Assembly (NCBI GenBank): GCA_963666735.1
Contig: OY762926.1
Span: 896,001-960,000, forward strand
Source: Gemmatimonadota bacterium
GTDB taxonomy: Bacteria > Gemmatimonadota > Gemmatimonadetes > Palauibacterales > Palauibacteraceae
Direction: 5' to 3'
Length of the DNA stretch: 64,000 bases
Positions 48,966-60,178 of this stretch are shown in pieces. Under the pieces are notes generated by a model. The model was given only the letters and a program-made list of their open reading frames with translations. It did no database searches and was not told where the DNA came from. The first letter of the stretch is position 1. Each line of letters begins with the position of its first letter. Made by a program: the position numbers and the translations under genes.

Positions 48966-49685
48966 TCAGACGAGAGACCCCGGGTAGAGGATGATCCCGC
49001 AACCCTCGCAGACGGCGAGGTGCCGCCGGGCCCGGATCTCGGCCTGCCGCTGCTTCGGTATCGCCGTGTAGCACCGGCCGCACACCCCGTCGCCGGTGAG
49101 TTCGGCAAGCGCCGCCTGGCGTCCTCCCCCGCCGGCCGTGCGGTACAGTTGCAGCGCCCGGCGGTCCAGCCGGCTCTCCTGCGTTCTCCGGCTGTCGCCG
49201 CAGTGCCGCAGATCCCCCTCCAGAGTGGCGCGCAGTTCCTCCACGGCGGCGCTCCGTTCCGCCAACTGCGCCGTGGCCTCCCCCAGTTCCGCTTCCGCCG
49301 AGTGCAGCGTCTCGCGCGCGGTCTCCACGTCCTGCATCGCGTCGAGTTGGTCATCTTCGGCCGCCCGCAGGTTGCGCCGGGCCGTGTCCGTCTCGCTCCG
49401 AACCGCAAGATGCTGCTGCATGTTCGCCACTGCGACGGAGCGCGCCTCGAGTCGTTTGAGCGTCGCTCTGCCGGCCTCCACAGCCCGGTGGAATTGTCGC
49501 ACCCGACCGTCCGCTTCCTCCAGTTCCGCCCGGATCCGCATGACCTGCGCCTCCAGCGTCTCCACGGTCTCCCGGAGTTCGGCCACCTCCCGGCCGAAAC
49601 TCCCGAGTTCATCTTCTATCTTCAGGATCCTGTGATCGATTTCCTGAAGAGCGAGTAACTCCTCGACGATATCGGTCGCTTGCAT
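48966..49685 (-). CDS. Coiled-coil protein with C4 zinc ribbon (DUF164/CT398-like)
   Basis: LLALQEID, a long coiled coil and CGRC...CEGCGIIL. Confidence 0.88.
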   Translation of the reverse strand: MQATDIVEELLALQEIDHRILKIEDELGSFGREVAELRETVETLEAQVMRIRAELEEADGRVRQFHRAVEAGRATLKRLEARSVAVANMQQHLAVRSETDTARRNLRAAEDDQLDAMQDVETARETLHSAEAELGEATAQLAERSAAVEELRATLEGDLRHCGDSRRTQESRLDRRALQLYRTAGGGGRQAALAELTGDGVCGRCYTAIPKQRQAEIRARRHLAVCEGCGIILYPGSLV

Positions 49686-49702
49686 GCTCTCCCCGGCTGT
49701 GG

Positions 49703-51511
49703 TTACTGCGTGGCCATAGTCTGCCGGCGTCTCGCTACGGCCGCCGGCATGAAGGCCCCCGACTCGCCCGCGGCACGAAGTTCGCGCACGAGTTCCTGTT
49801 TCTCACCCAACAATCGACGTTGCTGCTCCGGCTCCGCAAGCTCGATCGCGCGACCGATCTCCTCGATCCGTTCACGATGCCGTCGATAGAGGAGACGACG
49901 CACCACGGCATCGAAGATCCGAGCGGCGTCCTGAAGCTCCCGGCCGGACTCTCGAAGCGCCTTCGCCAATTCCGCGGCGTCGGCGGAGGCGGACGTCCAA
50001 TCCGGAGAATCGACGCCCTCGTCCGATGCCGCCGACAGGATCTTGAACAGTTCCCGGCCCTGCGGGTCGGACATGTGATCGGGTGCGAGTCCGACGCGCA
50101 CGGCCTGCCGCACGAGCCCCGGGTCGCGAACGAGCAGAAGAAGAAAATCGCGCTCCGTCCGTGGGGCCGGAGAAGGTCCACGACCGGGGGGTTCCGCGCG
50201 GGCGGCCGGCGGAGGGCGGCGAGGCCGCGAACTCTCGAGGCGCGCGACCTCGTCCACGAGCGTCTCGCGCCGTATCCCCAGTCCTTCCACCGCCCGATCC
50301 ACGTAAATGTCGCGGAGCGCCGGGTCGGAGACCGCCCTCAGGGTGCTGAGCAGGCCGTCCACCGCGCGCCGCCGCCCCTCCACCCGGTCGAGGTATCCCT
50401 CGCGGCGAAGGATCTGGAGCTTGCGCTCGAGAAGGTCCACGCCATCGTCCAGGAGCCGCCGGATGGCGGCCGGACCGTCCCGGCGGATGAGGGAATCGGG
50501 ATCTTCGCCGGAAGGGAGCGACACGACCATCGGGTGGATGCCCGCGGCAAGCAGGATGTCTCCGGTTCTGAACGTCGCGCGCAGCCCGGCGAGGTCGCTG
50601 TCGTAGAGCAGGTAGGCCCGCTTCGTGTACCGGCCGATGCGGCGCGCCTGGTCCGCGGTGAAGGACGTCCCCAGCCCGGCGACCGCAAAACCGAGGCCGG
50701 CCCGGTGCAGCGCGATGACGTCGGTAAACCCTTCCGCGATCGCGGCGTGGCCTTCGCGCCGCATGGCGTGCCGGGCCCGGTTGAGTCCGTAGAGTTCCTC
50801 CCCCTTGTGGAAGACGGGCGATTCGGGCGAGTTGATGTACTTGGGCGCATCGGAGGAGGCGTCGAGGATGCGGCCACCGAAGCCGATCGGCCGGTCGCGC
50901 AGATCGTGGATCGTGAACATGAGACGCCCGCGAAAACGATCGTACGGCTCCTCCGCTCTCTCGCTCGTCGCAAGCAGCCCGAGCTCGAGCAGCGTCCGCT
51001 CCTCGATCCCGTGTCGAGCCGCGGCGGAACGGAGCGCCCGCCACTCGTCGTCCGCGTAGCCGACCCCGAAGTCGAGCGCCTCCTCCAGCGACAGTCCGCG
51101 CCCCTGGAGATAGTCGCGCGCGCCGGCCCCGGCGGGTTCGCGCAGCCGCCCCTGGAACCACTCGGCCGCGAAGGCGAGCACGCCGCGCAGCGGCGCATGG
51201 GGATCCTCGCGTCGCTCCTCCCGGCCGGGAACCTCTATCCCGACTCTCGCGCCCACGTGGCGCACCGCCTCCGGGAACTCGAACCCGAGATGCTTCATCA
51301 TGAAGCCGAAGACGTCCCCGCCCTCCCCGCAGACGAAGCACTTGAAGATCTGGCGCTGCGGGTCGACGGCGAAGTTCGGGCCGTCCCCGCCGTGCAGGGG
51401 GCAGGGTCCGCGGTAGCTCTTGCCCGATCGTCGAAGCTGGACGTGCTCTCCCACGATCTCGAGGATGTCCGCCCGTGCGCGGATGTCCTCGACGAGGCCG
51501 TCGCTCACCAC
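49703..51511 (-). CDS. dnaG: DNA primase
   Basis: CPLH...CFVC zinc finger, DRFRGRLMF, FGGR, KYINSPE, EGFTDV and YDSD.AG. Confidence 0.97.
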   Translation of the reverse strand: MVSDGLVEDIRARADILEIVGEHVQLRRSGKSYRGPCPLHGGDGPNFAVDPQRQIFKCFVCGEGGDVFGFMMKHLGFEFPEAVRHVGARVGIEVPGREERREDPHAPLRGVLAFAAEWFQGRLREPAGAGARDYLQGRGLSLEEALDFGVGYADDEWRALRSAAARHGIEERTLLELGLLATSERAEEPYDRFRGRLMFTIHDLRDRPIGFGGRILDASSDAPKYINSPESPVFHKGEELYGLNRARHAMRREGHAAIAEGFTDVIALHRAGLGFAVAGLGTSFTADQARRIGRYTKRAYLLYDSDLAGLRATFRTGDILLAAGIHPMVVSLPSGEDPDSLIRRDGPAAIRRLLDDGVDLLERKLQILRREGYLDRVEGRRRAVDGLLSTLRAVSDPALRDIYVDRAVEGLGIRRETLVDEVARLESSRPRRPPPAARAEPPGRGPSPAPRTERDFLLLLVRDPGLVRQAVRVGLAPDHMSDPQGRELFKILSAASDEGVDSPDWTSASADAAELAKALRESGRELQDAARIFDAVVRRLLYRRHRERIEEIGRAIELAEPEQQRRLLGEKQELVRELRAAGESGAFMPAAVARRRQTMATQ

Positions 51512-51574
51512 GAGCCCACCCCCGAGCCGGCACCCGCGCGCCCCGTCATCCGATGCACCGCGCGCACCCCGCGT

Positions 51575-53983
51575 TCACTCGAATTCCACGACTGTGACGC
51601 CCGTGCCTCCCTCGTTCGATTCACCGGTCCTGAAAAGCCGGATCCGCGGATCCGCGGCCAGCAATTGTCCGACCCTTTCCCTCAGCGCTCCCGTTCCCTT
51701 TCCATGAATGATCCTGAGCCACGGGAGATCGCCGACCACGGCCGCATCGACGGCCGGGTTGAGCGTTCCCTCCACCTCGTCGACGCGCAGGCCCCTGAGA
51801 TCGATCTCCGTGGCGATGCGGAAGTCCGGTCGGCGCGGCGACGATCCGCCGGCCTCGCGGACCCCGGCCGACCGGGACGAACGGGTCGACGGACGGGTCG
51901 ACGAACGCGTCTCCGGTGCAGAATGGGGAGTCAGGTCCCGCAGCGGTACCGTCAGCCGCAGTTCGCCCACCTCGATGAGGCCGCGATCCTCCCGAATCTC
52001 GACGAGGCGCGCCGGCCGGCCGGACGCGTTCCACCGCACGGCATCGCCGGCCCGCACCGTTGGCGCCGCCGATGGAGGCGTGGACTCGCCCGGCGCGCGA
52101 ACCGCGCGGGAAGACGCCCGGAGGGCCCGTTCGACTGCCCCCCGCGCGGCCCGCTTCGCCTCCCGTCGGCGCGCCTCATCCCCCGTGGCGAATTCGGACT
52201 CGAGGCGTGAGATGGCGACTTCCACTCGCTCTCGCGCCTCGCGCAGCGCCGCCAGCCGTTCCGCCTCCCGGCTGCGAGCGGCGGCGCGCTCGGAATCGGC
52301 CAGCGCGGTCTCCCTGGACGCGAGGTCGCGTTCGCGCTCGGCCGTCTCCCCGGCCCGGCGCTCGAGTTGGGCGCGAAGGTCCTCGACCTCGCCCCGGTCG
52401 GCTTCGAGCCGGGCGAGTAGCGTGTCCAGCGAGACGTGCTCCGGCCCGAGTCGTTCGCGCGCATCGGCGAGTACGTCTTCGGGAACCCCCAGCCGCGCCG
52501 CGATGACGAGTGCGTAGCTGCGGCCGGGCCGGTCCCTTACGAGACGGTACGTCGGCTCGAGCCGGGTTCCGTCGAATTCCAGCGAGGCGTTCACGGCCGC
52601 GGCCTTTTCGTCGCCGAGGCGCTTGAGGTCGCCGAGGTGCGTCGTGGCCACCGTGAGACGCGCCTGCCGAGCCAGCCGCCCCAGCGACGCCGCCGCAAGC
52701 GCGCCCCCCTCGGCCGGGTCCGTGGCGCTGCCGATCTCGTCGAAGAGGACGAGGTCCCGGTCTCCCGCCTCGTCCAGGATCTCGGCCAGGTTACGCGCCT
52801 GCGCGCCGAAGGTGGAGAGCGATGCCTCGATCGACTGTTCGTCCCCGATGACCGCGAAGAAGCGACGGAAGAAGGGGATCCGGCTCCCGGCTCCGAGCGG
52901 CGGCAGGACCCCGCTCTGCGAGAGCGCGGACAGCAGGCCGAGCGTCTTGAGAAACACCGTCTTTCCCCCCGCGTTCGGGCCCGACACGAGGAGGACGCGC
53001 TCTCCCGCCGAGAGATGGAGGTCGAACGGGACCGCCCCGCCGACATCGAGAGCGAGCAGGGGATGACGAGCGCCACGGATCTGGATCCCCTCGGAGGCGG
53101 CCTCGACGAAGGCCGGGGGCGATGCGTCCATCTCGCCGGCGAACAGCGCGCGGGCGCGCAGCGAATCCAAATCCACGAGGGCGGCGTAGGAGACGGCGAG
53201 TTCGGGCGCGCGGGCGCGCACGCCAGAGGAAAGGTCCCGTAGAATCCGGTCCACCTCGCGGGTCTCGCGGAGTTCCAGTTCACGGATCTCGTTCATCGCC
53301 TCGATGGCGCGCGTCGGCTCGACGAACAGGGTCCGGCGGCTGGCGGACGCGTCGTGTACGAGGCCGCCCGCGATTCCCTTCCCCTCGCGCCGCACGGGGA
53401 TGCAGTAGCGGCCGTTTCGGACGGTGACCGAGGCGTCGGGCACGCGCACGCGTTCCGGAAGCGAGCGGGCGTAGCGCGTGAGTTCGTCGACGAGCCGGCC
53501 GCGTCGCGTGGCGAGCGCCCGACGGATGCGCCGAAGCTCCGGAGAGGCTCCGTCCGCGACCGTGCCCGTCGCATCGAAGGTGCGCGCAATCCGCTTCTCG
53601 AGGGCCGCCTCCCCCCACAGCCGGCTCACGTGCTCCGCCGCGAGGCCATCCGGGTCCAGGCGCGGCTCCAGTCGTCGCGCGGTGCGCGCGGCAGCCATGA
53701 CCTGCCCGCACGCCAGCAATTGAGGCGGCTCCAACGTTGCGTCTTCGATCGCGAGCCGTCGGAGGGCCCCGTCCAGCGGCGCGATCGGGTCCAGCGCCCA
53801 CCCGTCTCCGCTCTGGAGGAGCTCCCGAAGTTCGTGCACCGCCGCGAGCGAGCGGTCGGCGGATGCCGCATCCCGAAGCGGCCGGAGCCCGCGTACGGCC
53901 GTGCGGCCCGCTTCCGACACCGCGCGTTCGCCGATCGCCGCCAGCACACGGTCGAACTCGATCACCCTGAGCGCGTGATCCAC
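51575..53983 (-). CDS. mutS2: Endonuclease MutS2
   Basis: [35 protein letters not shown] and Smr domain IDLRG...IIHGKGTG. Start trimmed to GTG 53983. Confidence 0.95.
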   Translation of the reverse strand: MDHALRVIEFDRVLAAIGERAVSEAGRTAVRGLRPLRDAASADRSLAAVHELRELLQSGDGWALDPIAPLDGALRRLAIEDATLEPPQLLACGQVMAAARTARRLEPRLDPDGLAAEHVSRLWGEAALEKRIARTFDATGTVADGASPELRRIRRALATRRGRLVDELTRYARSLPERVRVPDASVTVRNGRYCIPVRREGKGIAGGLVHDASASRRTLFVEPTRAIEAMNEIRELELRETREVDRILRDLSSGVRARAPELAVSYAALVDLDSLRARALFAGEMDASPPAFVEAASEGIQIRGARHPLLALDVGGAVPFDLHLSAGERVLLVSGPNAGGKTVFLKTLGLLSALSQSGVLPPLGAGSRIPFFRRFFAVIGDEQSIEASLSTFGAQARNLAEILDEAGDRDLVLFDEIGSATDPAEGGALAAASLGRLARQARLTVATTHLGDLKRLGDEKAAAVNASLEFDGTRLEPTYRLVRDRPGRSYALVIAARLGVPEDVLADARERLGPEHVSLDTLLARLEADRGEVEDLRAQLERRAGETAERERDLASRETALADSERAAARSREAERLAALREARERVEVAISRLESEFATGDEARRREAKRAARGAVERALRASSRAVRAPGESTPPSAAPTVRAGDAVRWNASGRPARLVEIREDRGLIEVGELRLTVPLRDLTPHSAPETRSSTRPSTRSSRSAGVREAGGSSPRRPDFRIATEIDLRGLRVDEVEGTLNPAVDAAVVGDLPWLRIIHGKGTGALRERVGQLLAADPRIRLFRTGESNEGGTGVTVVEFE

Positions 53984-53988
53984 GGCGG

Positions 53989-54324
53989 TTACCCCGGCGG
54001 CCAGCCCATGCGGCGACCGCCCAGCACGTGGAAGTGCAGGTGGGGCACCGCCTGGCCGCCGTCTTCGCCGACATTCGTGACGATGCGGTACCCGCCGTCC
54101 AGCCCCTCCGAGCCCGCGACGGCCGCGCACGCCAGAAGGAGTTGCGTTCCGAGCGGCCCCTCCGACAGCGCCGCGAGGCTCGACACATGCGCCCGCGGGA
54201 CGACGAGCACATGCACGGGGGCCTGGGGTTCGAGGTCCCGGAACGCGACCCATTCGTCTGTCTCGGCGAGCATCTCCGCTCCGATCGCCCCCGACGCGAT
54301 GCCGCAGAACACGCAATCCGTCAT
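53989..54324 (-). CDS. HIT-family (HinT-like) nucleotide hydrolase
   Basis: [16 protein letters not shown] and [14 protein letters not shown]. Confidence 0.94.
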   Translation of the reverse strand: MTDCVFCGIASGAIGAEMLAETDEWVAFRDLEPQAPVHVLVVPRAHVSSLAALSEGPLGTQLLLACAAVAGSEGLDGGYRIVTNVGEDGGQAVPHLHFHVLGGRRMGWPPG

Positions 54325-55142
54325 TTCATCCCCTCGTCGTCCGCCTCGTTTTCGTCGTCCGCCAGCATGGCCGCCGCCGACGCGACGGCGACCACCGCAG
54401 CCGTCTCGAACCTCAGTGTCGCCCGGCTCATGGAAACGGGCTCGAAGCCCGCTTCCGAGCACCGGCGCCGCTCCGGGCTCGTCAGGCCGCCCTCCGGCCC
54501 GACCGCGACGGTCAGCGGGCGCCCGGCAGGTCCCTCCTCCGAGCCGCGGGCGATCGCGCCGCCGCGCAGCGGCCGCCCCGCCGTGTCCGCGAGCCACCCG
54601 GCTCCCTCGTGGCGCCCGAACGCCTCCGCGGGCGTCAGGGGGCCTTCCAGCCGGGGGAGCCAGCCGCGGCCCGATTGCTTCAGCGCCGCCCTGGCGCGGC
54701 CTTCCGCTCTTCGCAGAAATCCGTCGGAGCGCCCGGCATCGGCCACGGAACGCGACCGCTCCCACTCGATCCACGTTATCGTGGCGGCGCCCAGTTCCAC
54801 GACCTTCTCCACGAGCCAGAGGGAACGATCGCGATGCGCCACGGGGGCCCAGAGGTGCAGCGGGAGCGCGGGCTCCGGCGGGAGGGGGGCGAGCAGACGG
54901 CAGCTTGCGCGGCGCCGGTCCAGGGCCACGAGTTCCGCCTCCCAGCGGCTCCCGGCGCCGTCGATGACCACGAGACGGCGGCGGCGGCGGATCCGGGCGG
55001 CACGGATATGGCCAACTTCATCGCTCGCGAGGCTGGCCCGCGCGCCGGCTTCCAGGCCCGCAAGGCCATCGGCGAAGAACGTCTGCGGCGACGTCCGCCA
55101 CCGTGTCGATTCCCTGCCCGCGCCGTCTTCTGGATCGCTCAC
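54321..55142 (-). CDS. rsmE: 16S rRNA m3U1498 methyltransferase
   Basis: [22 protein letters not shown] and TLRFETA. Start uncertain (GTG 55142 assumed). Confidence 0.88.
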   Translation of the reverse strand: MSDPEDGAGRESTRWRTSPQTFFADGLAGLEAGARASLASDEVGHIRAARIRRRRRLVVIDGAGSRWEAELVALDRRRASCRLLAPLPPEPALPLHLWAPVAHRDRSLWLVEKVVELGAATITWIEWERSRSVADAGRSDGFLRRAEGRARAALKQSGRGWLPRLEGPLTPAEAFGRHEGAGWLADTAGRPLRGGAIARGSEEGPAGRPLTVAVGPEGGLTSPERRRCSEAGFEPVSMSRATLRFETAAVVAVASAAAMLADDENEADDEGMK

Positions 55143-55341
55143 GAGGCGCAACGTATCCGTCGTCGGCGGGCCGTCGCCACCAACGTCGCGCGCTTCGCGG
55201 CGGAGCCTTTTCCGGCGGCGCCTCGAACCCTTATGTTCGCTGCGCCGAAGCGGCCCGCCCAGCACGAAGTTGTCTCGCGCGGCCTCCGGCTTCCCGGCAT
55301 TTGGGCCAGCCAAGGGCGATTCAACTCGCGCGAGGGGGCGA

Positions 55342-57399
55342 TTGAACGAGACAACGACCGCCGAAGCCGTTTCCGGGTCCGCTCCGAGCGCGGGTCCCTC
55401 CGTAGAATCCCAATCCATCGACACGATCCGCACGCTCGCCATGGACGCGGTCCAGCGAGCCGGTTCCGGGCACCCCGGCACCGCGATGGCGCTCGCCCCC
55501 GTAGCGTACACCCTGTGGATGCGCCACATGCGCTACAGCCCGCGAGATCCCGCCTGGTTCGATCGGGACAGGTTCGTGCTCTCCGCGGGCCACGCGGCGA
55601 TTCTCCAGTACGCCGTTCTCCACCTGACCGGGTTCGATCTGCCGCTGGAGGAAATCCGCAATTTCCGGCGCGCGGGGAGTTGCACGGCGGGCCATCCGGA
55701 GTACCGCCATGTCGACGGCGTCGAGACGACGACGGGCCCCCTGGGCCAGGGCGTCGCGAACTCGGTGGGGATGGCGATCGCCGAAGCGCACCTCGCGGCG
55801 GTGTTCAATCGGCCGGGCCACTCGATCATCGATCACCGGACGTACGTCATCTGCAGCGACGGCGACCTCATGGAAGGCGTCTCGTACGAAGCCGCCTCGC
55901 TCGCCGGGCACCTGGGACTCGGCAAGCTCCTCTGGCTTTACGACGACAATAAGATCACGATCGATGGCGACATCGATCTCGCCTTTTCCGAGGATGTGCG
56001 CGGGCGATTCGAGTCGTTGGGATGGCATGTGCAGTCCGTCGGAGACGCGAACGACGTGGCGGCGCTCGATGCGGCGATCGAAGGCGCGCGGAGCGTGGAT
56101 GACCGTCCATCCCTGATCATCGTCCGCTCGCACATCGGCTACGGCGCCCCCAACAAGCAGGACACGGCCGCCGCGCACGGCGCGCCGCTGGGCGAGGAGG
56201 AGATCCGGCTCACCAAGGAGGTATACGGCTGGCCGGCGGAACCTCCGTTCCTCGTGCCGGACGCCGTCCGGAGCCACATGGGCCGGCAGATCGCGCGCGG
56301 CGAAGCGCTCGCCGCGGAGTGGGGGGAGCGCTTCGAGCACTATCGCGCGGAGCACTCGAAGCTGGCTGCGGAACTCGAACGCCGCATCCGGTCGGATCTG
56401 CCGGTGGCGTGGGATGAGGATCTGCCGGATTTCGGCCCGGACGACGACCCGATCGCCACCAGGGCCGCCTCCGGCCGGATCCTGAGCGCGCTGGCTCCCC
56501 GCCTCCCCGAACTCATCGGCGGGAGCGCCGACCTGTCGGGCTCGAACAATACGTTGATCGACTCGCCGAACTTCTCGCGGGACGCACCCGAGGGCCGCAA
56601 CCTGCGGTGGGGCATCCGCGAACACGCGATGGGCTCCATCGCGAACGGACTTGTCCTCCACAGCGGCATTCGGCCGTACATCGCCACGTTCTTCACGTTC
56701 ACGGACTACGCCCGACCGTCGATACGGCTCGCCGCCCTGATGGGACTGCCCAACATCTACGTGATGACGCACGACTCGATCGGCCTCGGGGCCGACGGGC
56801 CGACCCACCAGCCGATCGAGCACCTCGCCTCCTTCCGCGCGATGCCCGGCGTCGTCGTGCTGCGGCCGGCCGACCCGGAGGAGACGGTTCACGCGTGGCG
56901 CGTCGCGATCGAGCGCGGCGCGGGGCCCACGATGCTCGTGCTCACGCGCCAGAAGGTCCTCCACCTGCAGCGCGCGGCCGGCGCTGCCCGCGATGGGGTG
57001 GGGCGCGGCGCCTACATCCTCAGACCGGAGCCCGGCCCACTCGAGGTCGTGCTCCTCGGCACCGGTTCGGAGCTGCAGGTGGCGGTCGAAGCGGCGGAAG
57101 CCCTCGAGGCCCGGGACGTATCGGCGCGCGTGGTCTCGTTTCCGAGCTGGGAACTCTTCCGGGCGCAGCCGCGGGCATACCGGGAAGAAGTCCTCCCGGC
57201 GGGGGTTCCGCGGGTCGCGATCGAAGCCGGGGCCACGCTCGGGTGGACGGAGTGGGTGGGGGCGGACGGCGCCGTGATCGGGATCGACCGCTTCGGCCAG
57301 TCCGCGTCGGCGGCGGACAACTTCACCCGCTTCGGGTTCACGGCGGAGGCCCTCGCCGCGCGAGCCCTGGAGGCGCTGGCCGCGGAGCGCCCGGCGTGA
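55342..57399 (+). CDS. tkt: Transketolase
   Basis: [39 protein letters not shown] and [16 protein letters not shown]. Start trimmed to TTG 55342. Confidence 0.97.
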   Translation: MNETTTAEAVSGSAPSAGPSVESQSIDTIRTLAMDAVQRAGSGHPGTAMALAPVAYTLWMRHMRYSPRDPAWFDRDRFVLSAGHAAILQYAVLHLTGFDLPLEEIRNFRRAGSCTAGHPEYRHVDGVETTTGPLGQGVANSVGMAIAEAHLAAVFNRPGHSIIDHRTYVICSDGDLMEGVSYEAASLAGHLGLGKLLWLYDDNKITIDGDIDLAFSEDVRGRFESLGWHVQSVGDANDVAALDAAIEGARSVDDRPSLIIVRSHIGYGAPNKQDTAAAHGAPLGEEEIRLTKEVYGWPAEPPFLVPDAVRSHMGRQIARGEALAAEWGERFEHYRAEHSKLAAELERRIRSDLPVAWDEDLPDFGPDDDPIATRAASGRILSALAPRLPELIGGSADLSGSNNTLIDSPNFSRDAPEGRNLRWGIREHAMGSIANGLVLHSGIRPYIATFFTFTDYARPSIRLAALMGLPNIYVMTHDSIGLGADGPTHQPIEHLASFRAMPGVVVLRPADPEETVHAWRVAIERGAGPTMLVLTRQKVLHLQRAAGAARDGVGRGAYILRPEPGPLEVVLLGTGSELQVAVEAAEALEARDVSARVVSFPSWELFRAQPRAYREEVLPAGVPRVAIEAGATLGWTEWVGADGAVIGIDRFGQSASAADNFTRFGFTAEALAARALEALAAERPA

Positions 57400-57857
57400 A
57401 GCTGGCGCTCGGTGCGGACCACGCGGGCGTCGGCTACAAGGACGCACTCGCCGCGGAGCTTCGCGAAGCGGGCCACAAGATCGTCGACGTCGGCACGCAT
57501 GGCACGGATTCCGTCGACTACCCCGACTTCGCCTTCGCCGTCGCCGAGCAGGTGGCTCGCGGCGAGGTGGAACGGGGCATCGTCATCTGCGGATCCGCCG
57601 TGGGCGTCTGTATCGCCGCAAACAAGGTGCCGGGAGTACGGGCGGGCGTCTGCCACGACACGTATTCGGCGGCGCAGGGGGTCGGTCACGACGACATGAA
57701 CGTCCTCTGCATGGGGGAGCGCGTGATCGGGATCGCCCTCGCACGCGCGATCACGGACGCGTTCCTGAGCGCGGCTTTCTCCGCCGAGCCGAGGCATCGA
57801 CGCCGGCTCCAAAAGGTCTTGGACATCGAAGCTCGACACCTGAAATCGGACACCTGA
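57396..57857 (+). CDS. rpiB: Ribose-5-phosphate isomerase B
   Basis: [36 protein letters not shown] and RHRRR. GTGA overlap with tkt. Confidence 0.95.
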   Translation: MKLALGADHAGVGYKDALAAELREAGHKIVDVGTHGTDSVDYPDFAFAVAEQVARGEVERGIVICGSAVGVCIAANKVPGVRAGVCHDTYSAAQGVGHDDMNVLCMGERVIGIALARAITDAFLSAAFSAEPRHRRRLQKVLDIEARHLKSDT

Positions 57858-57882
57858 ACACACGACGGGGAGGGGAGAAGAG

Positions 57883-59034
57883 ATGAGCGCGCTGCTTCAA
57901 CTTCACGAGCACGGCCAGAGCTATTGGCTCGACAACCTCACGCGCGGGATGCTGGTCGACGGAGAGCTGGCTCGCCGGGTCGAGATCGAAGGGTTGAGAG
58001 GGGTCACGTCGAACCCCGCGATTTTCCATAACGCCATCACCCGCGGCGCGCAGTACGACGAAGACATCTCCCGCTTCACTGCCGAGGGTCTCGATGTCGA
58101 AGATGTCTATGACCGGCTCACGATCGCCGATGTGCGCGGCGCGTGCGATGTCCTGCGGGGCGTGTGGGAGAGTTCCGGAGGGGTCGACGGATATGTTTCC
58201 CTCGAAGTTTCCCCCCACCTGGCGAACGATACGGAGGGCACGGTGCGGGAGGCCCGCCGCCTCCACGATGAGGTGGCGCGCGAGAACGTCCTCATCAAGA
58301 TCCCCGGGACTCCGGCCGGCGTGCCGGCCATCCGGCAGGCGTTGTTCGAGGGCGTGAACGTGAACGTGACGCTCCTCTTCTCCATCGCGGCATACGAGAC
58401 GGTCGCCGAAGCGCACACCGAGGCGCTGGAGCAGCGGCTCGACGCGGGTCGCCCCGTCGACGATGTCGCCTCGGTGGCCAGCTTCTTCGTGAGCCGGATC
58501 GACGCGCTGACCGACCGGAAGCTCGGCGAGCTGGCCGATGCCCCGGAGGGCGACCCCGCTCGCTGCGAGGCCCTGCTCGGCAAGGCGGCGATCGCCAACG
58601 CGAAACTCGCGTACGTCGGTTTCCAGCGACGGCTCGCCACGGACCGCTGGGCCCGTCTCGCAGGGCGCGGCGCTCGTCCGCAACGCATGCTGTGGGCGAG
58701 CACGAGCACGAAGAACCCCGCGTATTCCGACGTGAGGTACGTGGAGCCGCTCATCGGCGACCTGACTGTCAACACACTGCCGGAGAAGACGATCGACGCC
58801 TTTCGGGACCACGGGCGCTCCGCCCGCACGCTGACGGAGGGTGTCGACGAAGCCCGGCGCACGATGGCGGAGTTGGCTGCCGCCGGGATCGAGTTGGACG
58901 CGGTCACGGACCAGCTTCTGGCGGAAGGCGTCGAGAAGTTCGCCGTCCCCTTCGATCGGCTTCTCGCGAGCCTCGAGGAGCGGATGGCGCGGCAGCCCGC
59001 CGCGGCCGTCGCGTCGGGGTCCGCTACGCGGTAA
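57883..59034 (+). CDS. tal: Transaldolase (large, mycobacterial/plant-like type)
   Basis: GQSYWLDN, GVTSNPAIF, VSLEVSP, IKIPGT, NVTLLFS, SFFVSRID and LWASTSTKNP. Confidence 0.96.
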   Translation: MSALLQLHEHGQSYWLDNLTRGMLVDGELARRVEIEGLRGVTSNPAIFHNAITRGAQYDEDISRFTAEGLDVEDVYDRLTIADVRGACDVLRGVWESSGGVDGYVSLEVSPHLANDTEGTVREARRLHDEVARENVLIKIPGTPAGVPAIRQALFEGVNVNVTLLFSIAAYETVAEAHTEALEQRLDAGRPVDDVASVASFFVSRIDALTDRKLGELADAPEGDPARCEALLGKAAIANAKLAYVGFQRRLATDRWARLAGRGARPQRMLWASTSTKNPAYSDVRYVEPLIGDLTVNTLPEKTIDAFRDHGRSARTLTEGVDEARRTMAELAAAGIELDAVTDQLLAEGVEKFAVPFDRLLASLEERMARQPAAAVASGSATR

Positions 59035-60178
59035 ACGCCGCCTTTACTCGCTCCCAGAAGCTCGGATCCTCGCCGCGGCGCGGCTCGGGCGGCGCATCTT
59101 CGACCTCCCGCAGCGACTCCAGGATCTCGCGCTGGCGCCGGGACAGTTCGCTCGGCGTCCATGTGTGTACCCGCACGAGCTGGTCCCCGTGCCCGGTAGC
59201 CCGCAACCGCGGCATCCCCTGCCCGCGAAGTCTCAGGATCTGCCCCGCCTGGATTCCCGCGGGCACCTTGAGCCGGGCCTGTCCGAGGATCGTCGGAACG
59301 TCGAGTTCGTCGCCCAGCGCCGCCTGGGAGAACGTGACGGGCAGATCGAGAACGAGGTCATCGCCCCTGCGCTCGAAGCGGTCGTGCGGCTCGACCTCCA
59401 CTTGCACTATGAGGTCCCCCGGCGGCCCGCCGCGCGGACCCGCATTGCCGCGCCCGCGAAGCTTCAGGTAGTCGTCGGACGAAATACCGGCGGGAATCTC
59501 GATGTCGACGGAGCGGTCGACCCGCACACACCCGGTTCGCCCGCAGTCGCGGCACTCGTCCGCGATCCAGGTGCCCTCCCCGCCGCAGGCGGAACAAGGG
59601 CGCACCGAGACGAATTGTCCCAGCATCGAGCGCTGGACCATGCGAATCTCGCCCGCTCCCTGACACGTCCCGCACGTTGAAGCCGTGCTTCCCGGTTCGG
59701 CGCCCGTCGCATCGCAGCGCTCGCACGCATCCAGACCAGAGACCCGGAGCGAGCGCCGGGCCCCCTCCGCCGCCTCTTCCAGCGTGATCGTGACGGAGAT
59801 CTTGAGGGTCGATCCGCGCCGTGGCTGGTTCGGGGATCGCGCATCCGCGAAGAGGTCGCCGAAGCCGCCCCCCCCGAACTCCCGCATGAACACGTCGAAC
59901 GCGTCCGAGAAGTCGTTGAACCCGGAGAACGGCGCCTCGCCTCCGCCGCCGCGCCGCACGCCGGCCTCGCCGTATTGGTCGTACAGCTTGCGCTTCCCCG
60001 GATCGCGGAGCACTTCCCACGCCTCCGTCACCTCCTTGAACCGTTCCTCCGCGTCGGATGCGGAATTGCGGTCCGGATGGTACTCCATGGCGAGGCGTCG
60101 GTACGCCCTCTTCAACCCGTCCGCGTCGACATCGCGGGAGACGCCGAGCAGCTCATAGTAGTCGCGGTGTCCGCTCAC
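59024..60178 (-). CDS. dnaJ: Chaperone DnaJ
   Basis: DYYELLGV, HPD, G/F-rich region and four CxxCxxxG-type repeats. Confidence 0.97.
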   Translation of the reverse strand: MSGHRDYYELLGVSRDVDADGLKRAYRRLAMEYHPDRNSASDAEERFKEVTEAWEVLRDPGKRKLYDQYGEAGVRRGGGGEAPFSGFNDFSDAFDVFMREFGGGGFGDLFADARSPNQPRRGSTLKISVTITLEEAAEGARRSLRVSGLDACERCDATGAEPGSTASTCGTCQGAGEIRMVQRSMLGQFVSVRPCSACGGEGTWIADECRDCGRTGCVRVDRSVDIEIPAGISSDDYLKLRGRGNAGPRGGPPGDLIVQVEVEPHDRFERRGDDLVLDLPVTFSQAALGDELDVPTILGQARLKVPAGIQAGQILRLRGQGMPRLRATGHGDQLVRVHTWTPSELSRRQREILESLREVEDAPPEPRRGEDPSFWERVKAAFTA

